Of a stretch of 64,000 nt of DNA, positions 8,438-19,040 are shown in pieces. Both the position numbers and the translations under genes were made by a program. Location of the stretch: the IMG/VR virus record IMGVR_UViG_3300036766_000670, positions 14,591 through 78,590 of that record; one strand, written 5' to 3'. The notes beneath the pieces are model-generated. The model was not told the origin of the DNA. It did no database searches and worked only from the letters and a program-made list of their open reading frames with translations. Source of the DNA: a virus. Numbering within the stretch: position 1 is the stretch's first letter; each line of letters begins with the position of its first letter.

Positions 8438-10732
8438 ATGGCAACAGATTTTGAACCAATTCCCTCAGTAGTACTAACTATTCCTCGGAATTATCCAACA
8501 TTCCCCGTGCCCGGAAAATTGGAGATTTTATGGGATACCAACTATCACAAGTTGTATCATAAACTGTCTCCATATACTTCTGTCGGCCCTGGAGTGCTTT
8601 CCTGGGGAAATCAACCATTTTATTACGTCTTTGCCGATCAAAATAATAGTGGGTTGAATGCATTGAAAAAATATGAATCCAGATTATTTCCCGCTGGTTC
8701 CGGACCTATTGATGTAATACGTGTGACGAAGTTTCTGGTTTCAGGAGCAGGGGTGACATTTTTGAGCAAGCAATTTTTACTTCAAACCGGAAATGCATAT
8801 AATGAAACTCGCATTTATAATCCAACGTCACCTATTGTAACCGCTGGTATGCCATTGGTAATGGGAAGTGTTAGACCGATGAGGTTTATTGATTTATATG
8901 GGGGCCTTGGTGGCATTGCTCAAAGTTTAATCGGTAGTATTGGATCATTATTTGGAAGTTCTGCTATAAATCCTCCTCCTGGCACAGCCGGGAGAGGAGC
9001 TTTGCCAGATGTCAATGTAAGTACTGATGGGAAAGGACTTCTTCGTGCTGGAACTGCGAATAGAGGGCTTTCTAATTTGCAATCAAGATGGGCTTCTTCT
9101 CAAGGCGGTGCCAGTAATGGATTTTTTTCGGCGGTCGCTAAGGCAGTCACTTCTTTATTTTCCAATTTTATTCCCGCAAGTCAACTGAATATAACATATA
9201 GAAGCGATGAGGGGGCATATGGGTTGATGATTGGAGGAGGGGACTCAAAATTTAAATACACTGGGCAAGACTACAGAGAGTATGGATTCGGACAAATGTG
9301 GATTGGAGGAGGAACAATAAGTAGAAAAAAGAATGAGTATCCAGTCAAACCATATCGCTTATTTGTTACATATAACTCTCAGGGAATGCGAACGACAGAT
9401 ATTCATTTAACGACTGGCGGAATTTTTACTTCTATACCAGAAGTAGGTAATGTTGGGTATTCTCCTGTACAAAGTACTGATACGAATAAACCAGGATATC
9501 GTTATGAAGATTCTGTTGGGGTAAGTGCAGGAGAAGTAGGCCAAGGATATGATGCATCTGATGTAATGTATCAGTATAAAGACTATGCCGATCCCTCCCA
9601 ACAGTTTCTTACTAAAAATCCGGATTTCAACAAGGATGATACGGACACACTTAATAATACGTTGAAAGAAGTTATTAAAAAACTAAAGGCTACAAGTGGA
9701 GGAATTTACAGTGTAAATATTACAAATGTAGATTCGAAAGTTATAGGAACTGGAAATGCAACTATTCAAGGTTATAATCGTTTATTTGCCACAAAGAATA
9801 AAATGGATAATAGATCTGGTCTCAATTATCCTCTCGGTGTTCTTAAAGAATACGATGAGACGGTTGTGGTAGATAATACTCTTACTATTGATCCCGTATT
9901 CAATTCAATGAAACTATCAACTGCTGGACATTTTGATGCGCTTAACACATTAAATGTATTAAGTGGAAGCAGAGCCATAGTTAATTCTAAATTGAAAGGT
10001 TGGAATGCATGGAACCCGTATTTGGATGATCAGATTGCCCTTTATTTTTATGATGTAGTAAATGATAAATATATTCCGTTTCGTGCCGCAGTCAAAGGTA
10101 TAGCAGAATCTAGTAATGCGTCGTGGGAAGAATTGCCATTTATAGGTCGTGCAGACAAAATATATTCATATGGAGGATTCAATAGAAGTTTATCTCTAAG
10201 TATTCATATCGTAATCAGTAGCATTGCCGAGCTTGCTCCAACATGGCAAAGAATCAATTATTTGGCAACGCTTGTCAAACCATCAAATTATACTACGGCT
10301 ACTTATCAAGGTGTTATGAATAGGTTTATGATTCCTCCAATGGTAATGTTGACTCTTGGAGATATGTATAATAGTCAGCCGGTGCTTATTCAATCTCTTA
10401 CTACAACTATTCCGGAGGAAGCAATATGGGAAACCATAAATGAGGATAATTCCGGGCAGTGGGAATATCTTTCTACTTACATAACGGCTCCCGGACTTCT
10501 TTATGGACAATTGCCTCGGGAAGTAGAACTTGGACTAGGGCTTATTTTACTTGAAAAGGAACGTGCTATTGTTGGCGGAGCGAACTTCGGAAATGCTCCA
10601 CGAAATGAAGATTGGTCCGCCCCGAATTACAATGCCATTTCTAATAGAGGAGCAAAACAAAACGAACTTGATCAATCGTTGATTGTAGATATTGTTAATC
10701 GTTCTAAACCATCCTCAACTACTACTCTATAA
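8438..10732 (+). CDS. baseplate/tail-tube initiator-like structural protein
   Basis: C-terminal FRA...W.E..FIGRADKIYSYGGFNRSLSL...PPMVMLTLGD tube-fold-like pattern; follows tape measure gene. Confidence 0.6.
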   Translation: MATDFEPIPSVVLTIPRNYPTFPVPGKLEILWDTNYHKLYHKLSPYTSVGPGVLSWGNQPFYYVFADQNNSGLNALKKYESRLFPAGSGPIDVIRVTKFLVSGAGVTFLSKQFLLQTGNAYNETRIYNPTSPIVTAGMPLVMGSVRPMRFIDLYGGLGGIAQSLIGSIGSLFGSSAINPPPGTAGRGALPDVNVSTDGKGLLRAGTANRGLSNLQSRWASSQGGASNGFFSAVAKAVTSLFSNFIPASQLNITYRSDEGAYGLMIGGGDSKFKYTGQDYREYGFGQMWIGGGTISRKKNEYPVKPYRLFVTYNSQGMRTTDIHLTTGGIFTSIPEVGNVGYSPVQSTDTNKPGYRYEDSVGVSAGEVGQGYDASDVMYQYKDYADPSQQFLTKNPDFNKDDTDTLNNTLKEVIKKLKATSGGIYSVNITNVDSKVIGTGNATIQGYNRLFATKNKMDNRSGLNYPLGVLKEYDETVVVDNTLTIDPVFNSMKLSTAGHFDALNTLNVLSGSRAIVNSKLKGWNAWNPYLDDQIALYFYDVVNDKYIPFRAAVKGIAESSNASWEELPFIGRADKIYSYGGFNRSLSLSIHIVISSIAELAPTWQRINYLATLVKPSNYTTATYQGVMNRFMIPPMVMLTLGDMYNSQPVLIQSLTTTIPEEAIWETINEDNSGQWEYLSTYITAPGLLYGQLPREVELGLGLILLEKERAIVGGANFGNAPRNEDWSAPNYNAISNRGAKQNELDQSLIVDIVNRSKPSSTTTL

Positions 10733-10735
10733 ACT

Positions 10736-11032
10736 ATGCTAAGATATAATAACATTCCAATAACAACGAGATATGATGGAAAAAGAGTTTATCTATCCAC
10801 ATTCTATCCTTCGGTTTCTCCGTCCTCCACAGATCTTTTAATAGTATCCCAAGAGGGAAATTGCTTGGATACCTTGGCATACAAGTATTATGGAGATCCT
10901 ACTTTATATTGGATTATAGCCAATGTTAATAATATAGGAAGGGGAAGAATGAGTATTCAATCTGGACTAATATTGAGAATTCCAACAGATATTAATTCTG
11001 TCATAGATAAGTTTAATACCGCAAATTCGTAA
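10736..11032 (+). CDS. LysM-like baseplate protein (gp53/tail X-like)
   Basis: LDTLAYKYYGDPTLYWIIANVN...LRIP. Confidence 0.8.
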   Translation: MLRYNNIPITTRYDGKRVYLSTFYPSVSPSSTDLLIVSQEGNCLDTLAYKYYGDPTLYWIIANVNNIGRGRMSIQSGLILRIPTDINSVIDKFNTANS

Positions 11033-11036
11033 AGTT

Positions 11037-13589
11037 ATGGCAGGCATAGCACCAGTGATCCCGTGGGAACCATGTAATATCCCAAGCGCAATTCAAGATG
11101 AACTTAACCGCCGTAAGGTTAATAGAAGTTTCGTATACATAGATGCTAATAAGGGCGGTTGGAGCGAAACGGGGGAAAATGCTGGAGATTGGAGAAAATA
11201 TCGTGGCCCAACAAGTCCTTGGGTGAGATTTTGCTCAAATGGAATGGGACGGGAATTTGAAACAAATGCTGATGGAAGTTTCAGATTGAAGAATGGAAAA
11301 CGCATTCCACTCAGTAAAATAAAACCCGGATTTGTTTTATTCGGAGGGAAAACATTCTACAGTGGATATGGTTTTAACAATGTTAATTCAAGTCCTGATA
11401 GTATCATAGGATATTTGCCAGACGGAATCCATACTCACACTATTTCAAATGATCTTCAAACCAGTAATTATCCGATTCACGTTCCTCCTCCTGAGATTGA
11501 AAAAATAAATGTAATCATTCAAAAGGAGTTATATCGTAAAGCCACGGTGGATTGGATTTGTTTTTCCAAGGCACAATTGGAATATATGACTCCATATTTT
11601 CTTGTTCCCGGAATTTCTTGTATTTTGGAATGGGGATGGAACAACTTTGATTCAAATGCTCTGCTTAATTTGGATAATCCAGATGAACTAAAGGTATATA
11701 ATAACAATCCTTATCCCTTGTATAATGATCATATTATCAAGGCAAAGGGAAATTATGATGTTATTTTTGGAAGAGTGACAAATTTTGAATGGGCTATCGA
11801 AGGAACTAGGATTAGATGCAAAACTGAGATTACATCTCAAGACCGTATTTATTCTGGTGTAGTGGTAGATTCTACGTCTGTTACTTTGATTGATGATGCT
11901 AAAAAGGAAGAAGTAGGAATCAAGCCCGAAAATAATTTACAACAGTTTATTGAGAAGTATCTGCCTTCATTTAAAACCGTTGGAACTAAGAGTGGTTCTG
12001 ATATATTCACTATACACGAAATATACGATGTTCTTAAATATATAAGTGCCAATCATCCGAATAACTGGAGAGAGTATGCATATGGAGTGTTTTATGGACG
12101 TGATAAGCAAGATATAAAACATGTAGCGGCAGATACAGATCGAAATCTTAAAGAGGACTTCGATCATGATGGAGATATGAAGGAACTTTGGATAAATTTT
12201 GGATTGGTGGTTGAAATCGTAAACTATCATGTCTCAAAAATGAAAAGTTTCAAAAAAGCAGAAATATTTCGCATAGACATTGATGATGTTGTTATTACTG
12301 GTCATCCAAATTTAATTTCTGGTGATGGTAAAGTATTGCTTATTCCAAATGCCGAAGCCCCGAAATATTTCAAGGGAAGGTTTAGTAAATTCGATCCAAC
12401 CGCTAAAGGAAACATAGATTATAAGGTGATGAGCACTGCTACAAATCCTCTCATATCTCTTACTAACCGAGACGATGCCAAAGCAAGTAAAACTATTGCC
12501 GATTATAGATTGGCTGTGGTGTGTGGGCAGGGTCTTAATGCTTATCGTGATGATTTGAATATTCTTATAAATCGAATCCGCATCGAAAAATGTGGGTCTA
12601 ATAGTTCTACAAGTTTATCGTATCCGTTTGAGTTTCCGTTTCTTTTTGATAGAAATCCGGAGATAGAAGGATCGAATGGAAAAAAATATCCCGCAAGATA
12701 CTCTGGATACCTTAAAAATCTATACGTCAATATTGGTTTTCTACAGGAGACAGTAAAAGATTCTAAAACTTACATTCAGTTTATTGAAAAAATTTTGAAT
12801 GGAATCAGTAGTGCGGCGGGAGGATTTTGGGATTTTCGTATAGTCGGAGGAACTGGAAAAGCAGGGCAGTCAAAAAATAAACCAGCAACTCTCAAGATTG
12901 TAGATTACAAATTTGTAAATACATTAAATTCTGGTGCCCCATTCACATTCGACTACTTTGATGCAGATAGCTTGTTGCTCGGGCTTAATTTCAAACCTAC
13001 GTTGAGCAATGCCCAGGCAATTCGTACAATATATGCCCAGACTAACAACCCAGATTCAAAAACAGTTATTACTAATGGAGATAATGAACTTTTGGATTAT
13101 CATTTTAGAGATCGTTTAATTAAAGATGATAATATAAAAGAAAATGAAAATTCTCCGTCTCCAAAAGCTCCAAATAACGAATTTCTTGAAACTATGCGTG
13201 AATTACAGCAACTTTCTGGTACGGACGCTATGTATCAGATGACAAATAGGTTTGAAGGTAAAATTATTATTCGGCGTTTGGTACTTCCTGCATCCAATGT
13301 CTTAAGTCTTTTGCTTGATGATGGAGATGAAGAAAACAATCCAAAATATAGCGGGATTATGCCTGGTATTCAAGCAACTTTTACTATTCAGGGTATTGGT
13401 GGGTTAAGAACATTTATGATGTTTCTTGTTCGTAATTTGCCGGAGCCATATTCTGAGAAAAACATCGTATTCCGTATCGTAGATGTTCAAGAGGCCATTG
13501 AATCTGGAAAATGGATTACAACCATCACAGCGGGTCTTGTTCCTCTTCGAGGATATATTAAAGAGCGACTAGGTATTCCCAACATTTAA
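11037..13589 (+). CDS. probable baseplate hub protein
   Basis: 850 aa following the LysM gene; LEWGW motif and C-terminal GIGG...F.I..V...I..GKWITTI. Confidence 0.55.
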   Translation: MAGIAPVIPWEPCNIPSAIQDELNRRKVNRSFVYIDANKGGWSETGENAGDWRKYRGPTSPWVRFCSNGMGREFETNADGSFRLKNGKRIPLSKIKPGFVLFGGKTFYSGYGFNNVNSSPDSIIGYLPDGIHTHTISNDLQTSNYPIHVPPPEIEKINVIIQKELYRKATVDWICFSKAQLEYMTPYFLVPGISCILEWGWNNFDSNALLNLDNPDELKVYNNNPYPLYNDHIIKAKGNYDVIFGRVTNFEWAIEGTRIRCKTEITSQDRIYSGVVVDSTSVTLIDDAKKEEVGIKPENNLQQFIEKYLPSFKTVGTKSGSDIFTIHEIYDVLKYISANHPNNWREYAYGVFYGRDKQDIKHVAADTDRNLKEDFDHDGDMKELWINFGLVVEIVNYHVSKMKSFKKAEIFRIDIDDVVITGHPNLISGDGKVLLIPNAEAPKYFKGRFSKFDPTAKGNIDYKVMSTATNPLISLTNRDDAKASKTIADYRLAVVCGQGLNAYRDDLNILINRIRIEKCGSNSSTSLSYPFEFPFLFDRNPEIEGSNGKKYPARYSGYLKNLYVNIGFLQETVKDSKTYIQFIEKILNGISSAAGGFWDFRIVGGTGKAGQSKNKPATLKIVDYKFVNTLNSGAPFTFDYFDADSLLLGLNFKPTLSNAQAIRTIYAQTNNPDSKTVITNGDNELLDYHFRDRLIKDDNIKENENSPSPKAPNNEFLETMRELQQLSGTDAMYQMTNRFEGKIIIRRLVLPASNVLSLLLDDGDEENNPKYSGIMPGIQATFTIQGIGGLRTFMMFLVRNLPEPYSEKNIVFRIVDVQEAIESGKWITTITAGLVPLRGYIKERLGIPNI

Positions 13590-13595
13590 AACAAA

Positions 13596-13624
13596 TTGAC
13601 TTCTGATCTAAATGCTGGTATTGT
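13596..13624 (+). promoter_or_regulatory. sigma70-like promoter
   Basis: TTGACT-17-TATTGT, 9 nt before ATG 13634. Confidence 0.5.
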
Positions 13625-13633
13625 GATCGGCTG

Positions 13634-14983
13634 ATGATTGAGACAGAATCAGACTTAAACCGATTCAAGCTGGAAAATCTTGAATGTGAATGGATTGTAC
13701 ATATAATTCCTGTTGAGGAAGGTGTACATCCTGTGATCAATAAACCGTGCATTCTTTTTATCCGAAATACTTCTACTGGAAAAACTTACTACTATTCATT
13801 TAATCATCCCGATTCTATTTCTCAGGTGACAGATTCTTATTTTATTAAAGAATGTCTCCTGAATATGGATGATGTGAAGTGGGTGCTTGATATGAAGTCA
13901 TTTTCTCAGATACTCCGCCTTTCAAACATGTTCGATATTAATCTCTGTAATTTTTTTAAGCACGGTGAAACTATAGATTTTATGGAGTTTGAAACGCCTG
14001 CTCATAATCTTGTTCGTAGAAATTGTGGTAGTATCAAACAAATCAATAAAGCAATTTCTTTGATGAAACATAAAGAAGCTTTTGATGATATGTGTGAATA
14101 TGTTGAAAAGTTGATTGAAGGATTCCCGGCAAATGACTCATTTATAAAGGTTAATGATATTATCATTGGAACTCTTAGGGATATTGAATCAAATGGTATC
14201 CATGTTGATCGAAAGAAATTCATTCAATATTTTAAGGTTGACCCCGGTCCTTCTGAAATGGTTTATAGTCAGTACAATATCTATACAGCTACAGGAAGGC
14301 CAAGTAATCACTTTGGCGGGGTGAATTATGCTGCACTGAATCATACTGATGGTTCCCGTTCCGCCTTTGTTTCAAGATATGGCAAAGATGGTAGAATGGT
14401 CGTGGTAGATTATACGACATTTCATCCTCGTATTGTTTCTAAACTGACAAACTATGATATTCCCATAGAAATTGATATTTACGAGTATCTCGCCAAGTTA
14501 TATTTTCAGAAAAAAGAAGTTGATGAGACGGATATAAAAAACGCCAAACAACTCACGTTCAGGCAATTCTATGGCGGTGTTGAAAAAGAATATGAACACA
14601 TTAAATATCTTGCCAACCTGAAATCTTATATTGATAAACAATGGAAATTTTTCCAAGAAAAAGGGTATGTCTTGACTCCATTTTTCAAGAGGGCAATTTC
14701 TCATATTCCCGACCCCAATCCTCCCAAAGTGTTTAATTATATCCTTCAAGCTGCCGAAGGTGAAATTGCTATACCAAGAATTCAAACAGTATTGAGATAT
14801 TTGGAAGGTAAGAAAACCAAGATAATACTTTATACTTATGATGCAGTACTGCTTGATTTTCACAGGGATGATGGATTTCCGGTTTTGAATACAATTCGTC
14901 AAATAATGAGTTTCAATAATGTCTTTCCAGTGAAAACTTACCTTGGGAATTCATATCACGATGTAAAACTTATCGATATCTAA
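13634..14983 (+). CDS. family A DNA polymerase-like protein (short, atypical motifs)
   Basis: TGRPSN, DYTTFHPRI (motif A), AKQLTFRQFYG (B), NYILQA, YTYDAV (C). Confidence 0.8.
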   Translation: MIETESDLNRFKLENLECEWIVHIIPVEEGVHPVINKPCILFIRNTSTGKTYYYSFNHPDSISQVTDSYFIKECLLNMDDVKWVLDMKSFSQILRLSNMFDINLCNFFKHGETIDFMEFETPAHNLVRRNCGSIKQINKAISLMKHKEAFDDMCEYVEKLIEGFPANDSFIKVNDIIIGTLRDIESNGIHVDRKKFIQYFKVDPGPSEMVYSQYNIYTATGRPSNHFGGVNYAALNHTDGSRSAFVSRYGKDGRMVVVDYTTFHPRIVSKLTNYDIPIEIDIYEYLAKLYFQKKEVDETDIKNAKQLTFRQFYGGVEKEYEHIKYLANLKSYIDKQWKFFQEKGYVLTPFFKRAISHIPDPNPPKVFNYILQAAEGEIAIPRIQTVLRYLEGKKTKIILYTYDAVLLDFHRDDGFPVLNTIRQIMSFNNVFPVKTYLGNSYHDVKLIDI

Positions 14984-15029
14984 AATATTGTGTTTTGATT
15001 ATCCTTTAGATATTTATAATCCAAAGGAT

Positions 15030-15779
15030 ATGAGTAACGTTGTTGACCGAGTATTTGCCGAAGTCTGCCTAGACGAAAGAGTTTCAGACGGCATATTCCA
15101 AATGGAAAATGAAGAGCATATGAATGCTCTTCGTGACTATTTTGTTAAAAAAGGCATTCCTCAGGAAGCCGCCATCCAGGTGACTAATCGCATGGTTGAA
15201 GGCAAGTATCCAGAACGACAAGCTTATCGAACGGAAGATGGTATTTTAGTAACATGGCCTTCTCCACAACATAAGAAAAGGGCTATGGCTGAACATCCAG
15301 GTAAGTATGTTGAAGAAAACCCATTCCCCAAAAGACCATCGGAAAAAGAGCCTGAGAAAAGGGAACCTATCAGACGTGAACCGCCTCCTAAAGAAGAACC
15401 GAAAGATAAAGATAAAGATGAGGATGATAAATCTTTGCCAAGATCTGGTGGTAGCGTATTTGGTGGTGAAAAAATAACTCAAGGTGATAAAAAACTGGAA
15501 ATAGAACCGCCTCGGGGCGAGGAAAAGCCAGAACCACCAGCCTCGGCTCCTCCAGTACCCACTATTGCACCAAGAACTCCAGAAAGAATTGCGGCAGAAA
15601 AAGAGGTTGTAAAGCAAATTCTCGGTACTGATAACAACGCACTCGCAAATATTACTGGCCCGCTGAAAGAAGAAAATAAAGAATTACTGCGTTATCAATT
15701 AAACGAATTATATAAAAAAGCGGACGCATTGGGGTTTAAGGAAGCTGTCACATTTTTGACTCCTTATGTAAAGCCTTAA
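15030..15779 (+). CDS. hypothetical Pro/Glu/Lys-rich protein
   Basis: ORF; AAGGA before ATG 15030; TATTTATA at 15011. Confidence 0.6.
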   Translation: MSNVVDRVFAEVCLDERVSDGIFQMENEEHMNALRDYFVKKGIPQEAAIQVTNRMVEGKYPERQAYRTEDGILVTWPSPQHKKRAMAEHPGKYVEENPFPKRPSEKEPEKREPIRREPPPKEEPKDKDKDEDDKSLPRSGGSVFGGEKITQGDKKLEIEPPRGEEKPEPPASAPPVPTIAPRTPERIAAEKEVVKQILGTDNNALANITGPLKEENKELLRYQLNELYKKADALGFKEAVTFLTPYVKP

Positions 15780-15808
15780 AATTTGTTATACCATTTTGTT
15801 TCAAACTT

Positions 15809-16207
15809 ATGCAAGACCTAGACAACCGCCAATTGCTGTGTACTTTCTCAAACAATAAAGATTTTCAAACAATCGCCGAGGAAATCAAAAAGTTTTATGA
15901 AGTATACAGCAATCGAATTTTCGCATTTTCCAATATTAAGAACCCCAGAGAAGTTTATTTGACTTATAATGTTCTTAATATGAAAAAAGATACCCCCAAG
16001 TTTTCAAATACCATTCTTATTCATCGTAAAAAACAAACCAATACGCTTTATACTTTAAATGCAATGAATCGTCTTATCGAAGAAGAAAATGGAAAAGCAG
16101 ACAATACTTACATTGTGAATTGGTCACTCTATTCCAACTCTTTAATCATCACGGGGGGCGTTTCAATTCGCATAATTCCTCTGAAAATTTTAAGTATTTT
16201 GGACTGA
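15809..16207 (+). CDS. hypothetical phage protein
   Basis: 132-aa ORF (QLLCTF...HRKKQTNTLYTLNAMN). Confidence 0.6.
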   Translation: MQDLDNRQLLCTFSNNKDFQTIAEEIKKFYEVYSNRIFAFSNIKNPREVYLTYNVLNMKKDTPKFSNTILIHRKKQTNTLYTLNAMNRLIEEENGKADNTYIVNWSLYSNSLIITGGVSIRIIPLKILSILD

Positions 16208-16280
16208 AAACAAAAAGTAATAAAAAAAATATTTTTTGTTTTTTTCGTTACTATGTATAGTGGAAGAAAGATTATATATT

Positions 16281-16745
16281 ATGAAAAAAGCAAAAAATGA
16301 AAAGCGGGTCATCAATATTCCCAAGGGACAATTTGATGAAATTAAGGATTACTGTGATAGAAATTCTTTGGACATGGTAAAGTGGATAGTAAAAAATTCT
16401 TTGGAAAAAACAACTAAAAAAATTCCAGAGGGTATGCTTACTGTCAAGGAATTGGAAATTATAAGAAAAACTGCTACCTTTAGTTGTCCCGATAACTGGT
16501 TGGAAATGGTATTGAAGGAGATAGGCAGCAGATTAGTAGATAGTGTCTCGGCAAATTCAAATCAAAGAGAAATTAACTGGGGGCCAGTTATAGACGTTGT
16601 AAATACATATGGAAGATGGGTACAATTGATTTTAACAGAAGAACAAGTAAAAACTGTTGCGAGAGAGTTGAAATCCCGTGGATTTAATTTATCTGTAAAT
16701 CCAGACGGATATACAGTTCCGCATAAGTATAAAATAGTTTGGTAA
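16281..16745 (+). CDS. hypothetical protein with N-terminal ribbon-helix-helix-like segment
   Basis: RVINIPKGQFDEIKDYCDRNSLDMVKWI. Confidence 0.5.
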   Translation: MKKAKNEKRVINIPKGQFDEIKDYCDRNSLDMVKWIVKNSLEKTTKKIPEGMLTVKELEIIRKTATFSCPDNWLEMVLKEIGSRLVDSVSANSNQREINWGPVIDVVNTYGRWVQLILTEEQVKTVARELKSRGFNLSVNPDGYTVPHKYKIVW

Positions 16746-16796
16746 AAAAATTCTTAAAGGTCGACTTAAAATAACACTTTTTTTATCTAAAATAAG

Positions 16797-16825
16797 TTGC
16801 AGAGTGACTTTTTGTAGTGTAGAAT
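16797..16825 (+). promoter_or_regulatory. sigma70-like promoter of the SSB gene
   Basis: TTGCAG-17-TAGAAT. Confidence 0.5.
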
Positions 16826-16915
16826 GCTATTTATTGAGGTAATAAAGTTCAAGACTTGATCCACCGATTAACGATTGAATTGATTACCTAGTTAACACTT
16901 AACCAATTAAATAAT

Positions 16916-17767
16916 ATGGCAATAAATGTACAAAAACTCGCCGCCCGACTTAAGGAATTTGAGGATGGGCAGAAAGCTTCCGAATTCGCAAAACTTCTAT
17001 GGAAACCCAAAGAAGGTATGCAAACAGTCAGGATTGTTCCTTACAAATTCAATCCGGATTCACCTTTTGTAGAACTTAAATTTTATTACAATTTAGGTGG
17101 AAAACATTATCTCGCTCCATGTACCTTTGGCAAGCCAGATCCAATCCTTGAAGTGATTGAAACGTTGCGTGCCAGTGGCAGCAACGAGGAAAAAGAAATC
17201 GCCGCAAAGTTGGCTCCAACTTCTCGCACCTACGCACCAGTCATTGTTCGTAAGGAAGAAGAACTAGGGGTAAGATTTTGGGGCTTTGGTATTCAAGTTT
17301 ATAAGCAGCTATTAAAGCTGATTACAAATCCCAAATATGGTGATATTACTTCTTGGACAGAAGGAAGAGACATTGATGTAGAGTTTCACAAAGTAAGCAA
17401 TAAAAAGAATGTGAAAACTGGTCAATCTTTCCCTGAAACTACCATCATCTGTGATCCTAATATCACTCCTGTAGTCGATCCAACCCGTCATGACTTAATA
17501 GAAAAATTGAAGGATCAAACCGATATCCTCAAGATTTTCCCATTGAAGTCTTATGATGAACTCAAGGAAGCCGTTGATAAATGGCTTCATCCAGAAGAGA
17601 CCGCCGAAGAGGTCGAAACAGCCGCCGAATCTGTTGCTTCCGCAGCCGTGTCTGTAACAGAAACACCCGCTGCTGCAACTCTGCCCACAACGACATCGGC
17701 CACAGTACCAGCAGGAGAAGCTCTTGCCAATGAATTTGACAAATTCTTTGAAACTACTAAACAATAA
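16916..17767 (+). CDS. single-stranded DNA-binding protein (T4 gp32-like)
   Basis: LWKPKEG...VRIVP...GVRFWGFG...YGDIT..TEGRDI; acidic FDKFF tail. Confidence 0.8.
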   Translation: MAINVQKLAARLKEFEDGQKASEFAKLLWKPKEGMQTVRIVPYKFNPDSPFVELKFYYNLGGKHYLAPCTFGKPDPILEVIETLRASGSNEEKEIAAKLAPTSRTYAPVIVRKEEELGVRFWGFGIQVYKQLLKLITNPKYGDITSWTEGRDIDVEFHKVSNKKNVKTGQSFPETTIICDPNITPVVDPTRHDLIEKLKDQTDILKIFPLKSYDELKEAVDKWLHPEETAEEVETAAESVASAAVSVTETPAAATLPTTTSATVPAGEALANEFDKFFETTKQ

Positions 17768-17788
17768 ACTGATAGCGGATAGTTAAAA

Positions 17789-17831
17789 TAACTTGAGGAT
17801 GGTAGTGTTTTATATTATCATCCTCAAGTTA
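17789..17831 (+). terminator. long stem-loop between SSB and recA
   Basis: taacttgaggatg/catcctcaagtta 13-bp perfect arms, extended to 20 bp with G-U pairs. Confidence 0.55.
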
Positions 17832-17857
17832 CATAATTCAGCGGGAAGGATAATTCT

Positions 17858-19036
17858 ATGGCCCCAGCAAAAAAGGTGTCAAGCAAGCATGTTGAGTCAG
17901 ATGCTAATGTCGAACGTGATGAATTAGCTCTATTTTTACAGAAAGAACTTAACAAATCTAATAAAGATGGAAGCAAAGTTTCGTATTTTCTGGATGAAAA
18001 TGATAATCCATCACAAATTACAGAATGGGTATCAACTGGATCAACACTATTAGATTTGGCGGTTTCTAATATACCCCACGGAGGGTTGCCTGTCGGTCGA
18101 ATGGTTGAATTAAGTGGCTTGGAGAGCACGGGTAAATCACTCATTTGTGCCCAAATTATTGCGGAGACGCAGCGTCAAGGCGGTCTATCAGTTTTCTTCG
18201 ACTCAGAGTTTTCGGTGGATAAAAATTTTTGGGTCGCTCTCGGTATTAATGTCAAAAATGTTAATTATGTTCCATTTACTACTCTCGAAGAGTTTTTTAA
18301 TAAATTTGAATTATGTATTGGAGCATTTCGCAAAAAATGTCCTGATAGACTTCTTACAATTTTAGTTGATTCGGTGACTCAAGCATCCGTTGAAAAAGAA
18401 ATGGAAAGTGAACACGGAATTGATGGATATAATACTGGCAGAGCGATTGTTATTAGTAAGGCCATGCGTAAATGCACTGGTCTGATTGCCCGACAAAGAA
18501 TTCTTCCAGTATTTACAAATCAAGTCCGTTATAATATGAATGCTGGCCCATTTGGTGATAAATGGATTGTTCCTGGCGGTAAAGCTTTGCCGTTCGCTTG
18601 TTCAATTCGTATTCGTTTTGCCAATCTTGGAAAACTTACTAAGAATGATGAAGTTATTGGAATGAAGTGCCAAGCCCAAGTCATCAAAAATCGTTGCGGC
18701 CCGTGTTATAGAACAGCGGCATTTGAAGTTCATTATGATAGCGGTATTCAAGATCTTACAAGTTGGCTTCAATTCATGAAGAAATATGGCATTATCACGG
18801 GTGATGGTCATGGTTATGAATATAAACTCCCCTCAGGAGAAAAACTTGAATTCAACACTCCAAAGTTTGTTGAACTTATGAATACAGATGCGGCTTTGAA
18901 GGAAGAAATCTATATGGCTATTTGCGATAAATATATTATGCAATATCGTAACCCAAATAGTAAAATTGTTGAGGATGTTGTAGAAACAAACACGGAAAAC
19001 GATGACATTACAAAAAATGCAGTAAAAGAGGAATAA
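17858..19036 (+). CDS. recA: RecA/UvsX recombinase
   Basis: STGSTLLD...GGLPVGR; Walker A GLESTGKS; VDSV; TNQVR; GGKALPF; KNR. Confidence 0.92.
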   Translation: MAPAKKVSSKHVESDANVERDELALFLQKELNKSNKDGSKVSYFLDENDNPSQITEWVSTGSTLLDLAVSNIPHGGLPVGRMVELSGLESTGKSLICAQIIAETQRQGGLSVFFDSEFSVDKNFWVALGINVKNVNYVPFTTLEEFFNKFELCIGAFRKKCPDRLLTILVDSVTQASVEKEMESEHGIDGYNTGRAIVISKAMRKCTGLIARQRILPVFTNQVRYNMNAGPFGDKWIVPGGKALPFACSIRIRFANLGKLTKNDEVIGMKCQAQVIKNRCGPCYRTAAFEVHYDSGIQDLTSWLQFMKKYGIITGDGHGYEYKLPSGEKLEFNTPKFVELMNTDAALKEEIYMAICDKYIMQYRNPNSKIVEDVVETNTENDDITKNAVKEE

Positions 19037-19040
19037 AATT

